Made by a program: the position numbers and the translations under genes
Shown: positions 1-12,574 of the stretch, piece after piece
How the letters are laid out: every line of letters starts with the position of its first letter
Numbering within the stretch: position 1 is the first letter of the stretch
Notes under the pieces: generated by a model
What the model was told of the DNA's origin: nothing
The model's input: only the letters and a program-made list of their open reading frames with translations
Database searches by the model: none
Assembly (NCBI RefSeq): GCF_035084215.1
Contig: NC_090340.1
Span: forward strand, 3,968,001-4,032,000
DNA: 64,000 bases
Origin: Heptranchias perlo
Lineage: Eukaryota
Direction of reading: 5' to 3'

Positions 1-571
1 AGCGAGAACCGGGGTCAGGACTGGAACATTATCTGGGGAATGAATCGAGTGAGTGAGCTCTGGTACAGGACAACTGGACGCGTTTTAGACCTAAACAACG
101 AGTCCCAGACTGGAACAGAGACAATAATTTCCTTCATGCTTTTGTATTAATTTATCACTCAGTCAGCGAAACCATATTATAGAATACTGTCTCCCTTTTA
201 TCAACGCAGAAACCGATTTAGAACGTAGGCCTAAATCACAGTGAAACACCAGCAGAAATAGACACCGCGAGATTGAAGAGATCCCACGGGACTGTTTCGG
301 TTTAACTCGGACTTAAATTCATTTCAGTGCCAAGACATGGGGCCTTCCCGTCACCGAGTGCTGGATAAAGACAAGAACGAAATAAATATCGCCATGTTTT
401 GTTTCAAGCAAATCAAGCGTTCGTTATTAATTCTAATATGGCGGTAAAATTTCCCTCTTAAAGGGACTCTGCAGATGCTCCATGCTCTCCCTTCTCGCCG
501 TCTGTTCTTTCCTTTGTCCAATGTAATATACGAGTAGTGATTTCAACTCAATTCCTTTATCTCCTTTCCAG

Positions 572-853
572 TGCCGCCAACTCCTGTGAAGATTACCCGT
601 CTGCACTCTCCGTCTCTCACACTCCTCTGTACAACGGCCGTTTTTTTCCCCGAGGAGTTAAACCTCACTTGGTATCAAAATGGCTCCAAGATTACATCTG
701 GGATAAACTTGGTGGAAACACGGAGCGAAGATGGATTGTATCAAGTTTCCAGCTCCCTCATCTCTGAGCAGAGTGGGACGGTTTATATCTGCGAGGTGTC
801 CCATGCCTCTCTCCCGGTTCCAGCCAACGCCAGCTACACGGTTCGTGATCCGG
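572..853 (+). CDS. Gene A, Ig C1-set domain exon (leader and V exons presumably upstream of the window)
   Basis: Acceptor ctcctttccAG at 570-571 and donor G|GTAAG at 854; 282 nt, phase 1-1. Translation VPPTPVKITRLHSPSLTLLCTTAVFFPEELNLTWYQNG...DGLYQVSSSL...YICEVSHASLPVPANASYTVRDP has the C1-set hallmarks C-x4-FFP-x6-W and YxCxVxHxSL. Confidence 0.92.
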
Positions 854-1349
854 GTAAGAGACCCACCATCTCACCACTGCAGTAAGCTGTATCTGTATTA
901 CATATAGGAGTGATTCAGGGACTTACAGTGTCAAAAAAGCTTTTGAGGCGGCCCCTCACAGTGCTCATTGTGCAAGAAGGATTCCTCCGCAATTGAACGG
1001 CGGATCCATGTTTGGTTGGGGAATTAATTGCCTTCTCGTTGACAGTGGGTAGACTTTAATAGTTGTGGGACAATGCAGCCAGTCAGGATACGTGGAGGAG
1101 TAACAGAAGTTGGTACTTGCTGGTCAAAATGTTGAAATGAGCCATACTTTCGAAACACAATACCTGACGTAATGCAATGAGCGGGGAAACCCATCTCCAC
1201 TGCCCAGCTCTTCAACTACATGGGCAGGTCCTCCATTGTCTGCTACTAGAGGGGTCCATTAGCGATCGCTGTAAGAATTGCTTTTCTTGATTCATATCAA
1301 TCATCTGGTTGAAGGCGGCCACTAGTTCACTGATGGTACAAATATCTGC

Positions 1350-2115
1350 TGATGTCAGAACCCTTAAGGAGAAAACATTAACAATCGGATCTAGATGCGA
1401 TAGGGGAATGGGCCTGTATCTGGCAGATGACATTTAAAGTAGATAAATGTAGTCTAATGCATGTGGGTGGGTTTAATACCAAACATGTGTGTACAGTGCT
1501 AGGCTCTGAATTAAAGTCTGTTGAGGGGCAAAGAGACATGGGTGTTAGTGTCTGAATCTCTAAATTCCACGACCAAGGCCGAGGGGTGATGACCAAAGCT
1601 AGTAGAATATAAAGATGTATAGCCGGGACAAACCGATAGAAACAAAGAGCACCATAATGTCCTTTCCCTTGAGCAGAACCCATCTGCAATATTGTGTCCA
1701 GTTCTGATTCCCTCATATGGTGAGAGTTATAAGGGCATTGGGGAAAAAGTTCAGCGCAGAGCCACGAGATTGATATTATTTTAAAAACCCTTAGTTATCA
1801 CGATAGGTTCAAGGATTTGGGTATTTGTACTGTCGAAAAGCGTAGACTTCGGGATATTAATTGAACGATGAAGGGACTGGACTGTGTACACGTGGATAGA
1901 TCACTTGAATTAAATTGTTCGCGAGAACGAGGGCTCGTGGGTACATGTCATTTAAGCACAGAATAAGGTTAGATATCTGGAGGATAGTCATCGTCCAGAA
2001 AATCACTGACCTTTGGATTAAGTCGAAGTCTCGTGTGGTGAGTGCGGATTTTCTGCAAAGGTACAAAAGGAGCTGGACGAGTTCCTGAAGGAGGCTGATA
2101 TCGTTGTGTACAAAA
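1350..2115 (+). mobile_element. Old degenerate CR1-like LINE 3' fragment (shared with 31860-32645)
   Basis: Decayed LQSDLD..EWA..WQM.F.VDKC and VQRRAT-like RT C-terminal motifs with stops and frameshifts. Confidence 0.65.
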
Positions 2116-2309
2116 GAAAGTCCCTGTGTGCTTTACACTGCGCTGTACTTTGGCCGTTTGATGCTGAGATACGATGGAGTCGCCTTAGTATCTCGATGAG
2201 AGGCGATAGCTGTGATATGTCGGTGCTGCCTGATATCTGACGTTGATTAAATATTTCGCAATATCTCGCCTACAAAATGCTAAAATTCCAATTTCTCTGT
2301 CCCTCTTAG

Positions 2310-2423
2310 CTAACGGCAACAGTACTTTCCTCTACTCCCTGGTGTCGGGGTGTGCAGCAGGCGGGTTAATAATTCTCGTGCTGGTAATTCTTGTCAAGCG
2401 ATGCAATTTCGTCAGAACTGAAG
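2310..2423 (+). CDS. Gene A, transmembrane exon (uncharged, inhibitory type)
   Basis: Acceptor ctctgtccctcttAG and donor G|GTAAG; 114 nt, phase 1-1. Encodes ANGNSTFLYSLVSGCAAGGLIILVLVILVKRCNFVRTE: a hydrophobic stretch followed by a KR stop-transfer. Confidence 0.88.
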
Positions 2424-3019
2424 GTAAGAACTGACACGATCCTGATTCAGAATTAGGTTTGTTAGTTAAATTTCAGCACGGCGGCAGCGAGGGGGAGGGC
2501 ACGGTGTCTCGGGCCCAGACTGGAATCTATATTTTTGGAGCGGTGTCCGTTACACTAAGTGAGTTTATGTTCCTGGGGCCGAATGTTGTGACGAGGGTCA
2601 GACCTCAAACCCAAGAGATCCCTCAGAATAATTTCAGCAGGTCTGAACATTAAAGCGACCCGTAGTTTCGGTTCGAACTTAGTGCTTTGCAACAACTGAA
2701 GGTGGTGATGTGAATCGTTTACAGTAAATGTAGGGTTGTGTCGGGAGGGGCGACAAATCTGGGGTAAAGGGCGGTGGAACTGGTGGTGGGAATGTGACAC
2801 GTGGTGTTCGGTTGCAAAAGGCTTCGGATCTCGCCCAGCAACAGTACCGTATGTGACGGGTCAAGTTCTAATCAGGAGAATTGAGTGACCGTTCAGATCA
2901 TTTTCTATTGATCGGTGATTCTGATCACTTTGCGGGAATGTTGGGTATATTTTGGCGGACACATCGCGCATCTGGTTCATGGTGAAATTGACATTGGTCT
3001 CAATTTATTTCTCTGCTAG

Positions 3020-3063
3020 ACACGGAGATTAGTGAGGAGAGAACCGGCCACTTCGAGGAGCAG
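3020..3063 (+). CDS. Gene A, short cytoplasmic exon 1
   Basis: Acceptor tttctctgctAG and donor CAG|GTCAGT; 44 nt, phase 1-0; DTEISEERTGHFEEQ. Conserved at 33871-33914, and the phase fits both neighbouring exons. Confidence 0.8.
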
Positions 3064-3595
3064 GTCAGTGTCATGCTTGTGTAACGAGAAATAGACTGCT
3101 ATTGCCATCTAATGCATATTTATACCACATTTAAACCGGTATCACTAGGCCATCAGGACGGCTCTCAATAACTGCGGAGCACAACGTCAACACTTGCGGG
3201 TTTATTGTTCCCCGGAGACCTTCGTTCAGCTGAAAGTGTGGTCTCTGACCTGTCAGTGCCGCGATTGTATCTGTATTATTGCAGCACTCCAATTGTGGCA
3301 GGCGCCGTTGTAGATATTCGTGTCTTGTCAGTGCGGTCGATTGGCTATTCACCTATGGGGAGCGTCATAGTTTTGTTCGATCCTGTTCTCACTTGACATC
3401 TCCACCCATGAACTTTCCAGCAGGGTCTGTGGGTGTTGACTGGGACGGAATGCTGGCCGAGATTGTCCCTATCCTGACACAAAGGCACCGAAACCAATTG
3501 TCCATCTTGAGATGAGCAAGCTCAGAACTCGGAAGTGCGTTAACTACTCAACAGCACACGGGCCAGGCCTTGACACACATTTGTCAATGTATATT

Positions 3596-5348
3596 CTCAA
3601 TGATGGCGGAGTCCAGCACGTGAGTGCAAAAGACAAGGCTGAAGCCTTTGCAACCATCTTCAGCCAGAAGTGCCGAGTGGATAATCCATCTCAGCCTCCT
3701 CCCGATATCCCCACCATCACGGAAGCCAGTCTTCGGCCAATTCGATTCACTCCACGTGATATCAAGAAACGGCTGAGTGCACTGGATACAGCAAAGGCTA
3801 TGGGCCCCGACAACACCCCAGCTGTAGTGCTGAAGACTTGTGCTCCAGAACTAGCTGCGCCTCCAGCCAAGCTGTTCCAGTACAGCTACAACACTGGTAT
3901 CAACCCGACAATGTGGAAAATTGCCCAGGTATGTCCTGTCCACAAAAAGCAGGACAAATCAAATCCGGCCAATTACCGCCCCATCAGTGTACTCTCAATC
4001 ATCAGCAAAGTGATGGAAGGTGTCGTCGACAGTGCGATCAAGCGGCACTTACTCACCAATAACCTGCTCACCGATGCTCAGTTTGGGTTCCGCCAGGACC
4101 ACTCGGCTCCAGACCTCATTACAGCCTTGGTCCAAACATGGACAAAAGAGCTGAATTCCAGAGGTGAGATGAGAGTGACTGCCCTTGACATCAAGGCAGC
4201 ATTTGACCGAGTGTGGCACCAAGGAGCCCTAGTAAAATTGAAGTCAATGGGAATCAGGGGGAAAACTCTCCAGTGGCTGGAGTCATACCTAGCACAAAGG
4301 AAGATGGTAGTGGTTGTTGGAGGCCAAGCATCTCAGCCCCAGGGCATTGCTGCAGGTTTTCCTCAGGGCAGTGTCTGAGGCCCAACCATCTTCATCTGCT
4401 TCATCAATGACCTTCCCTCCATCATAAGGTCAGAAATGGGGATGTTCGCTGATGACTGCACAGTGTTCAATTCCATTCGCAACCCCTCAGATAATGAAGC
4501 AGTCCGAGCCCGCATGCAGCAAGACCTGGACAACATCCAGGCTTGGGCTGATAAGTGGCAAGTAACATTCGCGCCAGATAAGTGCCAGGCAATGACCATC
4601 TCCAACAAGAGAGAGTCTAACCACCTCCCCTTGACATTCAACGGCATTACCATCGCCGAATCCCCCACCATCAACATCCTGGGGGTCACCATTGAAAACA
4701 AACTTAACTGGACCAGCCATATAAATACCGTGGCTACGAGAGCAGGTCAGAGGCTGGGTATTCTGCGGCGAGTGACTCACCTCCTGACTCCCCAAAGCCT
4801 TTCCACCATCTACAAGGCACAAGTCAGGAGTGTGATGGAATACTCTCCACTTGCCTGGATGAGTGCAGCTCCAACAACACTCAAGAAGCTCGACACCATC
4901 CAAGATAAAGCAGCCCGCTTGATTGGCACCCCATCCACCACCCTAAATATTCACTCCCTTCACCACCGGCGCACTGTGGCTGCAGTGTGCACCATCCACA
5001 GGATGCACTGCAGCAACTCGCCATGGCTTCTTCGACAGCACCTCCCAAACCCGCGACCTCTACCACCTAGAAGGACAAGGGCAGCAGGCGCATGGGAACA
5101 ACACCACCTGCACGTTCCCCTCCAAGTCACACACCATCCCGACTTGGAAATATATCGCCGTTCCTTCATTGTCGCTGGGTCAAAATCCTGGAACTCCCTT
5201 CCTAACAGCACTGTGGGAGAACCGTCACCACACGGACTGCAGCGGTTCAAGAAGGCGGCTCACCACCACCTTCTCAAGGGCAATTAGGGATGGGCAATAA
5301 ATGCCGGCCTTGCCAGCGACGCCCACATCCCGTGAACGAATAAAAAAA
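3596..5348 (+). mobile_element. 5'-truncated poly-A-tailed non-LTR retrotransposon ('LINE-B', APE-RT type, clade unresolved), young insertion in a gene A intron
   Basis: RT ORFs 3512-4378 and 4436-5287 (NYRPIS, QFGFR, LDIKAAFDRV, PQGSV, FADD). 3' end ...CCCACATCCCGTGAACGAATAAAAAAA. Absent at the paralogous site near 34470; flanked by TATATT. Confidence 0.93.
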
Positions 5349-5814
5349 TATATATATATTGCAGAGAATTTCTCCGGCTGGGAATTATTTTCCTTCCTTG
5401 TCCTTATCCGGCCTTTTATTACACCGCCAGCGCCATTTCAGCAATCACCTGCACTGATCAGACTTACCCAATCCTTAACCGATGCCATTGGGTTTTAGTG
5501 GCCCTGTACGGTGCTGTTTGTGATTTGATGTGAAGCTAATCTTTCTCCAAAAACTTTCTTCAGGCTGTGGGAGGAAGAGAGGACGGGAGTCCGTCTTACG
5601 CTGCTATCAACTTCAGCGGTCACAGGAACATTGGAAAACCCAGAGGTGAGGAAGATGGAACCGTCTATGCCCAGGTACAGTCGAGAAACGGAGCAGCCCA
5701 TTCCAACCAGGAATGGTCCGGTACTGGCGTCTGACCTCAGTAATGCACATTGAAGTCATAGAACGCTTCGTGTGAGTAACAGATCCTATTGATCTTTCAT
5801 TGTTGCTTCCACAG

Positions 5815-5964
5815 ACCAAGCAAGGGACGGATTGTACACTGACTTACGCGTCTCTGGATCGGACCGGCTCCCAGAAAATGGCAAGAAGGAAACAGAAAGA
5901 AAACGTAGCGGAGTATGCGGCGATCTGGATCAACAAACCAAGGGAAGAATACGGGATTGTATAA
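5815..5964 (+). CDS. Gene A, terminal cytoplasmic exon with ITIM and ITIM/ITSM-like motifs
   Basis: Acceptor tgttgcttccacAG, phase 0. Encodes TKQGTDCTLTYASLDRTGSQKMARRKQKENVAEYAAIWINKPREEYGIV* with TAA at 5962-5964. LTYASL (5839-5856) is a canonical ITIM; AEYAAI (5908-5925) resembles SIRPalpha TEYASI. Confidence 0.88.
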   Translation, partial: TKQGTDCTLTYASLDRTGSQKMARRKQKENVAEYAAIWINKPREEYGIV

Positions 5965-6716
5965 ACACCAGCAAATGTCCAGTGATGTTAAAGTCACACA
6001 GGGGCTGACAACCTTGGCGTCTGTAGTCCACACCTACCTGTATTTAGTGGGGTGTTTGTAAACCGGATTGTCATTTATTGGAATAGGAGAAGGAGTAGCA
6101 GCTTTTACTGGCAGAGTGACACTGCGATTTGGAGGTTGCGCTTATTCTTGAAATCTGCACTTCCAGTGACTGGAGGATTCAATGCTTAACTCTTTTATAG
6201 GTTTCAAATAGGACCAAAGGAAATGGAAGCGTCTTGTTTCGTAGGGTGGAAATCGATGAGGCCAGTTATTGTGGGTCAGTTCTGTTAATTTAGAAGGATT
6301 GAGCAGTGGAGTTTATTTTGGGCCTGTGTCGCGAATATACCGGATTTCGGGGAGGGTTCTGAATGTATTCCATCTAAATATTAAATCATTATCAGGCTCC
6401 TAACGGGCCAACTGAATGGTGTTTGGTGACTGGACATCAATTACCGCGGCCCTTTCTGTGCAGAAACAACTATTCCTTCACTTTGCTTTAGCGAAATTCA
6501 CACTTTCAATGTTGAGAAATCTTTTCACTCCCGATTTCGCTCTTTCTGGATGCATTTGACACTTTTAATCAAATCTGTCCCAGTGCCGAACATTTCCGTC
6601 TCTGGTTATTTTAATCACTCAGTTTGCCTCTTGTGACAGGAATGAACCAGGTGTTTTCGAATGTGCAGTGGGACAGGCCTGGGACCGACTCCGGCTCCCT
6701 GCCTCACTGTGAAATT

Positions 6717-8299
6717 CATAGAATTACATAGATCACATAGAATTTACAGCATAGAAACAGGCCGTTAGACCCCATTAATCTGTCCTGGTGTTTATGCTTC
6801 ACACGAGCCTCTTGCCATCCTATTTCATCTCACCCTATCAGCAAATTGTTCTATTCCTTTATCCCTCATGTACTTAACTTGCTTCCCTTAAATGGATCCA
6901 TGCTGTTCGCCTCAACTGCTCTGCGTGGTAGCAAGTTCCACATTCTAATCACACTGGGTAAAGAAGTTTCTCCTGAATTCTTTCTTGGATTTATTAGTGA
7001 CTATATAATATTTATGGCCCTTAGTATTGGACTGCCCCGCAAGTGGAAAAATCTTCTCTACGCCTACTCTATCAAACCACTTCATGATTTTGAAGATTTC
7101 TGTTAACAGCACTGTGGGAGAACCTTCACCACACGGACCGCAGCGGTTCAAGAAGGCGGATTACCACCACCGGATCAAGGGCAATGAGGGATGGGCAATA
7201 AATGCCAGCCTTGCCTGCGACACCCACATCCCATGAACGAACAAAAAAAAGCTCTCACCTCATACTTCTCATTTCTAGAGAAAAGGGCCCCAGCCTAGTC
7301 ATTCTTTCCTGGTAGTTATAACCTCTCAGTTCTGGTATCATCCTTGTAAATCTTTTTTGCACCTTTTCGAATGCCTCTATATCCTTTTTGTCGTGTAGTG
7401 GTCAGAACACAGTATGGTCTAACCAACATTCTTTTAATGTTTAACATAACTTCCATGCTTTTAAATTCTATCCGTCTAGAAATGAACCCCAGTGCATAGT
7501 TTGCATTGTTATGGCCTTGTTAACTAACGTTGCTATTTTTTGTGATTTGTGAATGTGTAACCCGAGATCTCTTTTCTCCTGCATCCCATTTGGACTATTA
7601 TTTCCCAAGGAGTATGCGGCCTCCTTGTTCCAACTATTAAATCACCTCACACTTAGCATTACTAAAATTATTTCACTATTTACACGCTCATTCTGCAAGT
7701 TCATTAACGTCTTCTTGGATTTTGTTGCATTCTTCTTTAGTATTAACGATGCCACACAATTTTGTGTCAACCGCCAATTTTAAAATTGTATTTCCGTTTC
7801 TCGAGTTCAAATCGTTTATAAAAACACTGAACAGCAGTGGTCCCAGCACCGATCTCTTTGGAGCACCACTCCCCATCTTCCGTCAGTCTGACTAACTCCC
7901 TTTAACCCCTACTCTGTGTTTTCTGTTAAGTAGCCAGCTCGCTATTAATTTTGTTTCTTGTCCCGACTCCACATGCTCTCTCTTTCGTCATTATTTTTCC
8001 ATGTAGTACCTTATCGAAGGCATTTTAAAAATCCATTTACACTACATCTACGACATTATCCTTGTCTACTCTTTCTGTTACTTCTTCAAAGAATTCAGTA
8101 AGGTTGGTCATGCACGACCTTTCCTTTTGAAATCCATATTGACTATTCTTTATTATATCTTCAGTTTCAAGATATTTTTCAATTGCTTCTTTGAGTAAAG
8201 ATTCTATTATCTATCCTACCACCGATGAAAAGCCAACTGGTCTATCGTTCCCTGGACTTGTTGTATCGCATTTTTTTAATGTAGGAACAAAATTAACTG
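6717..8299 (-). mobile_element. Degenerate CR1 LINE with a nested LINE-B 3' fragment at 7105-7250 (+)
   Basis: CATAGAAT-like tail repeats at 6717-6750 and SVLGPLLF..FINDL / VDTKL motifs; the same nested arrangement occurs at 36895-38640. Confidence 0.82.
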
Positions 8300-8688
8300 A
8301 ATAATGAAGCATTCCGAGCCCGCATGCAGCAAGACCTGGACAAGATCCAGGCTTGGGCTTGCAAGTGGCAAGTAACATTCACGCCAGACAAGTGCCAGGC
8401 AATGACCATCTCCAATAAGAGAGAGTCTAACCACCTCCCCTTGACGTTCAACGGCATTACCATTGCTGAATCCCCCACCATCAACATCCTGGGGGTCAGC
8501 ATTGACCAGAAATTTAACTGGACCAGCCATACAATACTGTGGCTACAAGAGCAGGTCAGAGGCTGGGTATTCTGCTGCGAGTGATCACATCTTGACTCCC
8601 CAAAGCCTTTCCACCTTCTACAAGGCACAAGTCAGGAGTGTGTTGGAATACTCTCCCCTTGCCTGGATGAGTGCAGCTTCAACAACAT
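8300..8688 (+). mobile_element. LINE-B internal fragment
   Basis: MQQDLDKIQAWACKWQVTFTPDKCQAM...; near-match to 4490-4880. Confidence 0.85.
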
Positions 8689-10228
8689 GGATTGCATCAT
8701 GGGGAACTCAGGGAAGTAAGGATGAAAATTGTAGAGGCTCTGGCCACAATCTTCCAATCCTCCTTAGATATTGCGGCAGTGCCAACGGACTGGAGGATTT
8801 CAAATATTAAACCACGATTCGAAAAAGGAGAGACGGATAAATCCGGCAATTTCAGGCCAGCGAGTCTAACTTCGGTGCGGGTGAAACTTTTAGAGACAGT
8901 AATCCAGCACAAAATTAATTGATAATTGGAAAACTATGGGATAATAAATGAAAGTCAGCACGGATTTATTAAAGGAAAACCGGGTTTCACTAATTTGATT
9001 GAGTGCTTTGATGAAGTAATGGAGTAGGTTGATGAGAGTAATGCGGTTGATGTTGATTTTATATGCTTTCAAAAGGCATTTGATATAGTACCATACAACA
9101 GATTTTTTAGCAAAATTAAAGTCCATAGGATTAAAGGGACAGTGGCAACATGGATACAAAACTGGCTAAAGGACAGGAAGCAAATTGTTGTGGTGAACGG
9201 TTGTTTTTCTGACTGAAGAGAAGTACACATTTGTGTTCCCTCGGGGTCGGTATTAGATTCACTGCCCTTTTTAATATATATTCGTAACATGGACTTGGGA
9301 ATACAGGGTATAATTTCAGAGTTTGCAGATGATATGAAACTGGGGATTGTAATAAACAATGTGAAGGATACTAACAGACTACTGGAAGACATAGACAGAC
9401 TGGTGAAATAGGCACACACGTGACAGATGAAATTGAATGCTGAGAAGTGTGCAGTGATACATTTTTTTGCAGGAAGAATGCGGAGGGACAATATGAACTA
9501 AATAGTACAATTTTAAAGGGCGTGCAGGAACAGAGAGACCTGTGGGTGGACATATACAAATCTTTGAAGGTGGTACGAAAAATTGAGAATGCTGTTAAAA
9601 AGGCATATGGGTACCTGGGCTTTATTAGTAGTGGCATGGAGTATAAAAGCAAGGAAGTTGTGATAAACTTTTGTCAAGCACTCGTTAGGCCTCAGCTGGT
9701 GTATTGTTTTCAATACTGTGCACCGCAATTTGGGAAGGATCTCAAGTCCTAAGAGGGAATGGAGAACAGATTTAAGAGAACGGCACCAGGGATGAGGGTC
9801 TTTCGTTATGGAGAGAGACTGGACAAGCTAGGGATGTTCTCCTTCGAGCAGAGACGGTTAAGAGGATATTTGACAGATGTGTTCAAAAACATGAACCGTT
9901 TTGATAGAGAAAATAATGAAAAACTATTTTCATTGGTGGCTGTGTCGGTAACAAGAGTATACATATTTAAGGTGATTGGCAAAAGAGCTAGAGGCAATAT
10001 GAGGAAATGTTTTTTACGCAGCGAGTTGTTATGATCTGGAATGCACTGCCGGAAAGGATGGTGAAAGCAGATTCAATAGCAACTCCTAAAAGGGAATTGG
10101 ATAAATACTTGAAGGGAAAAAAGTTACAAGGCAACGGGGAAAGAGCAGCGGAGTGGTACTAATTAGATAGCTCTTTAAAAGAGCAGGCACTGGCACGATG
10201 CGCCGAATAGCCTCTTTCTGTGCTGGAC
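8689..10228 (+). mobile_element. Degenerate CR1 LINE (RT to 3' end)
   Basis: VPTDWR..N, NFRPASLTS, FQKAFD, FADDMKL, LVRPQL.YC motifs with in-frame stops; CR1 3' hairpin region near 10190-10225. Confidence 0.87.
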
Positions 10229-10229
10229 C

Positions 10230-11561
10230 TACTATCAGTCTACTCTCAATCATCAGCAAAGTGATGAAGGTGTCGTCGACAGTGCTATCAAGCGGCACTG
10301 ACTCACCAATAACCTGCTCACCGATGCTCAGTTTGGGTTCCGCCAGGACCACTCGGCTCCAGACCTCATTACAGCCTTGGTCCAAACATGGACAAAAGAG
10401 CTGAATTCCAGAGGTGAGATGAGAGTGATTGCCCTTGATATGAAGGCAGCATTTGACCCAGTGTGGCACCAAGGAGCCCGAGTAAAATTGAAATCAATGG
10501 GAATCAGGGGGAAAACTCTCCAGTGGCTGAAGTCATACCTGGCACAAAGGAAGATGGTAGTGGTTGTTGAAGGCCAATCATCTGAGACCCAGGACATTGT
10601 TGCAGGAGTTCCGCAGGGCAGTGTCCTTCCCTCTATCATAAGGTCAGAAATGGTAACGTTCGCTGATGGTTGCACAGTTTTCAGTTCCATTCGCAACCCC
10701 TCAAATAATGAAGCAGTCCGAGCCCACATGCAGCAAGACCTGGGCTACATCCAGGCTTGGGCTCATAAGTGGCAAGTAACATTCGCACCAGACAAGTACC
10801 AGGCGATCACCATCTCCAACAAGAGATAGTCCAACCACCTCCCCTTGACATTCAACGGCATTACCATCGCCGAATCCCCCACAATCCACATCTTGGGGGT
10901 CACCATTAACCAGAAACTTAACTGGACCAGCCATATAAATACTGTGGCTATAAGAACAGGTCAGAAGCTGGGTATTCTGCGGCGAATGACTCACCTACTG
11001 ACTCCCCAAATCCTTTGCACCATCTACAAGGCACAAGTCAGGACTCTAATGGAATACTCTCCACTTGCCTGGAAGAGTGCAGCTCCAACAATACTCAAGA
11101 AGCTCGACACCATCCAGAACAAAGCAGCCCGCTTGATTGGCACCCCATCCACGACTAAACATTCACTCCCTTCACCACCGGCGCAAAGTGGCTGCAGTGT
11201 GTACCATCCACAGGATTCATTGCAGCAACTCGCCAAGGCTTCTTCGACAAAACCTCCCAAACCCAGGAGCTTTACCACCCAGAACGACAGGAACAGCAGG
11301 TACGTGGGAACAACACCAACTGCACGTTCCCCTCCAAGTCACACACCATCCCGACTTGGAAATATATCGCCGATCCTTCATCATCGCTGTGGCAAAATCT
11401 TGGAACTCCCTACCTAACAGCACTGTTGGAGAACCTTCACCACACGGACTGCAGCGGTTCAAGAAGGCGGCTCAACGCCACCTTCTCAAAGGCAATTTGT
11501 GATGGGCAATACATGCTGGCCTCGCCAGCGACGCCAACATCCCACGAACGAATAAAAAAAA
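10230..11561 (+). mobile_element. LINE-B copy, 5'-truncated, poly-A end
   Basis: ORFs 10377-10829, 10845-11417 and 11137-11502 match 3596-5348; ends GAACGAATAAAAAAAA. Confidence 0.9.
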
Positions 11562-11839
11562 TACTACCACACTATGTTTGCGTCTCAACCATCAGTTCCT
11601 TTATCTGTCCAGCATATTGTCGTGGAACAGTCGGAAGACAACTTTCAGAAGTTATATTTAAAGAGATATTCAGCTCCATTAAGGTGAACCTTTGGTTAGC
11701 TGGTTTAGGCTGCGCGGATGTTGTTAGTTTGAGCTGTTTTTTGATACTGTTTCGCTGTTAAATCTTATGGAGGAACGAGTTTGCCAAAGGTTACCACCGT
11801 TTCACTGATTTTTCTAGTTCCCAATTACTGAACATGTGA

Positions 11840-12405
11840 ATGCTGCTGGGCGGACCATTGAGCCTCACAAATGAGGAAAAGGAGGAGCAGCAAGGAACGC
11901 AACAAGGACCTGAACAGGCTGGTAGAAGAGGGCGAAGGAGGCAAGATCTTACAGCATGCGGGTCTTCAGGAACCGATCCTCATACCTGGACCTCACAGAG
12001 GAACAGATTGTATGGCGGCTGTGTTTCAACAGGGAGAAAGTCACTTAAATGTGCCACCTGTTGCAGTGAGAATTGGAACAGAGCACCAGGGTCGGCAACG
12101 TATTCCCTGTGGCAGTGAAAGTCACTCTCGCTCCAAACTTCGAGGCTTCTGGCTCCTTCTAAACTGCTTCTGGAATCATCAACAACATCAATCAGTTTGT
12201 TGTGCAGATCGCCATCCTACAGGGCACTGTTGCACTGATATCTACGAGGCGTCAGCAGTTGGTCACCTTCCCCATGGAAATTGACAAGCAGGAAGAAAGA
12301 ATACCCGCATTGCTGGATTTCCGCAGGAGCAGGACATCATAGACTGCACGTACACAGCCCTGCTTACTCCCCATCATGAAGCAGCTCTGTTTATGAACAG
12401 GAAGT
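11840..12405 (+). mobile_element. PIF/Harbinger transposase relic (HARBI1/DDE_Tnp_4-like)
   Basis: Hand translation through stops: YLDLTEEQIVWRLCF...FPVAVKVTLAPNFEASGSF*...VTFPM...RIAGFPQEQDIIDCTY...FMNRK, matching the Harbinger pattern (ASGSFQ; GFP.V.GAIDCTH; NRKG). Confidence 0.75.
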
Positions 12406-12574
12406 TCAGTAAGACCCGCGATGGGTCTCAGACATGCTCAGTCGCATGGACAATGCCACTCTCTGGAGAGGTTAATGTGGCTCAGAAGAGTGAGAACATA
12501 CACTGCAAGACTACTGATTTGAACTTTTTTCATCGAAGCACATGCTCTGTGGAGAAACCAACATTTAACTTAAA

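Larger units (their letters stand above)
1..8299 (+). repeat. Segmental duplication, copy 1 (paralog at 30468-38447)
   Basis: Colinear, visibly high identity from AGCGAGAACCGGGGTCAGGAC (1 and 30468) to AAAATTAACTG (about 8299 and 38447), including shared old TE relics. Confidence 0.92.

Noticed and set aside
3140-3575. Conserved intronic block shared by A and B as a regulatory element or extra exon
   Set aside because: Its similarity is no greater than the rest of the recent duplication, and it has no consistent splice sites or frame; it may be an old SINE.
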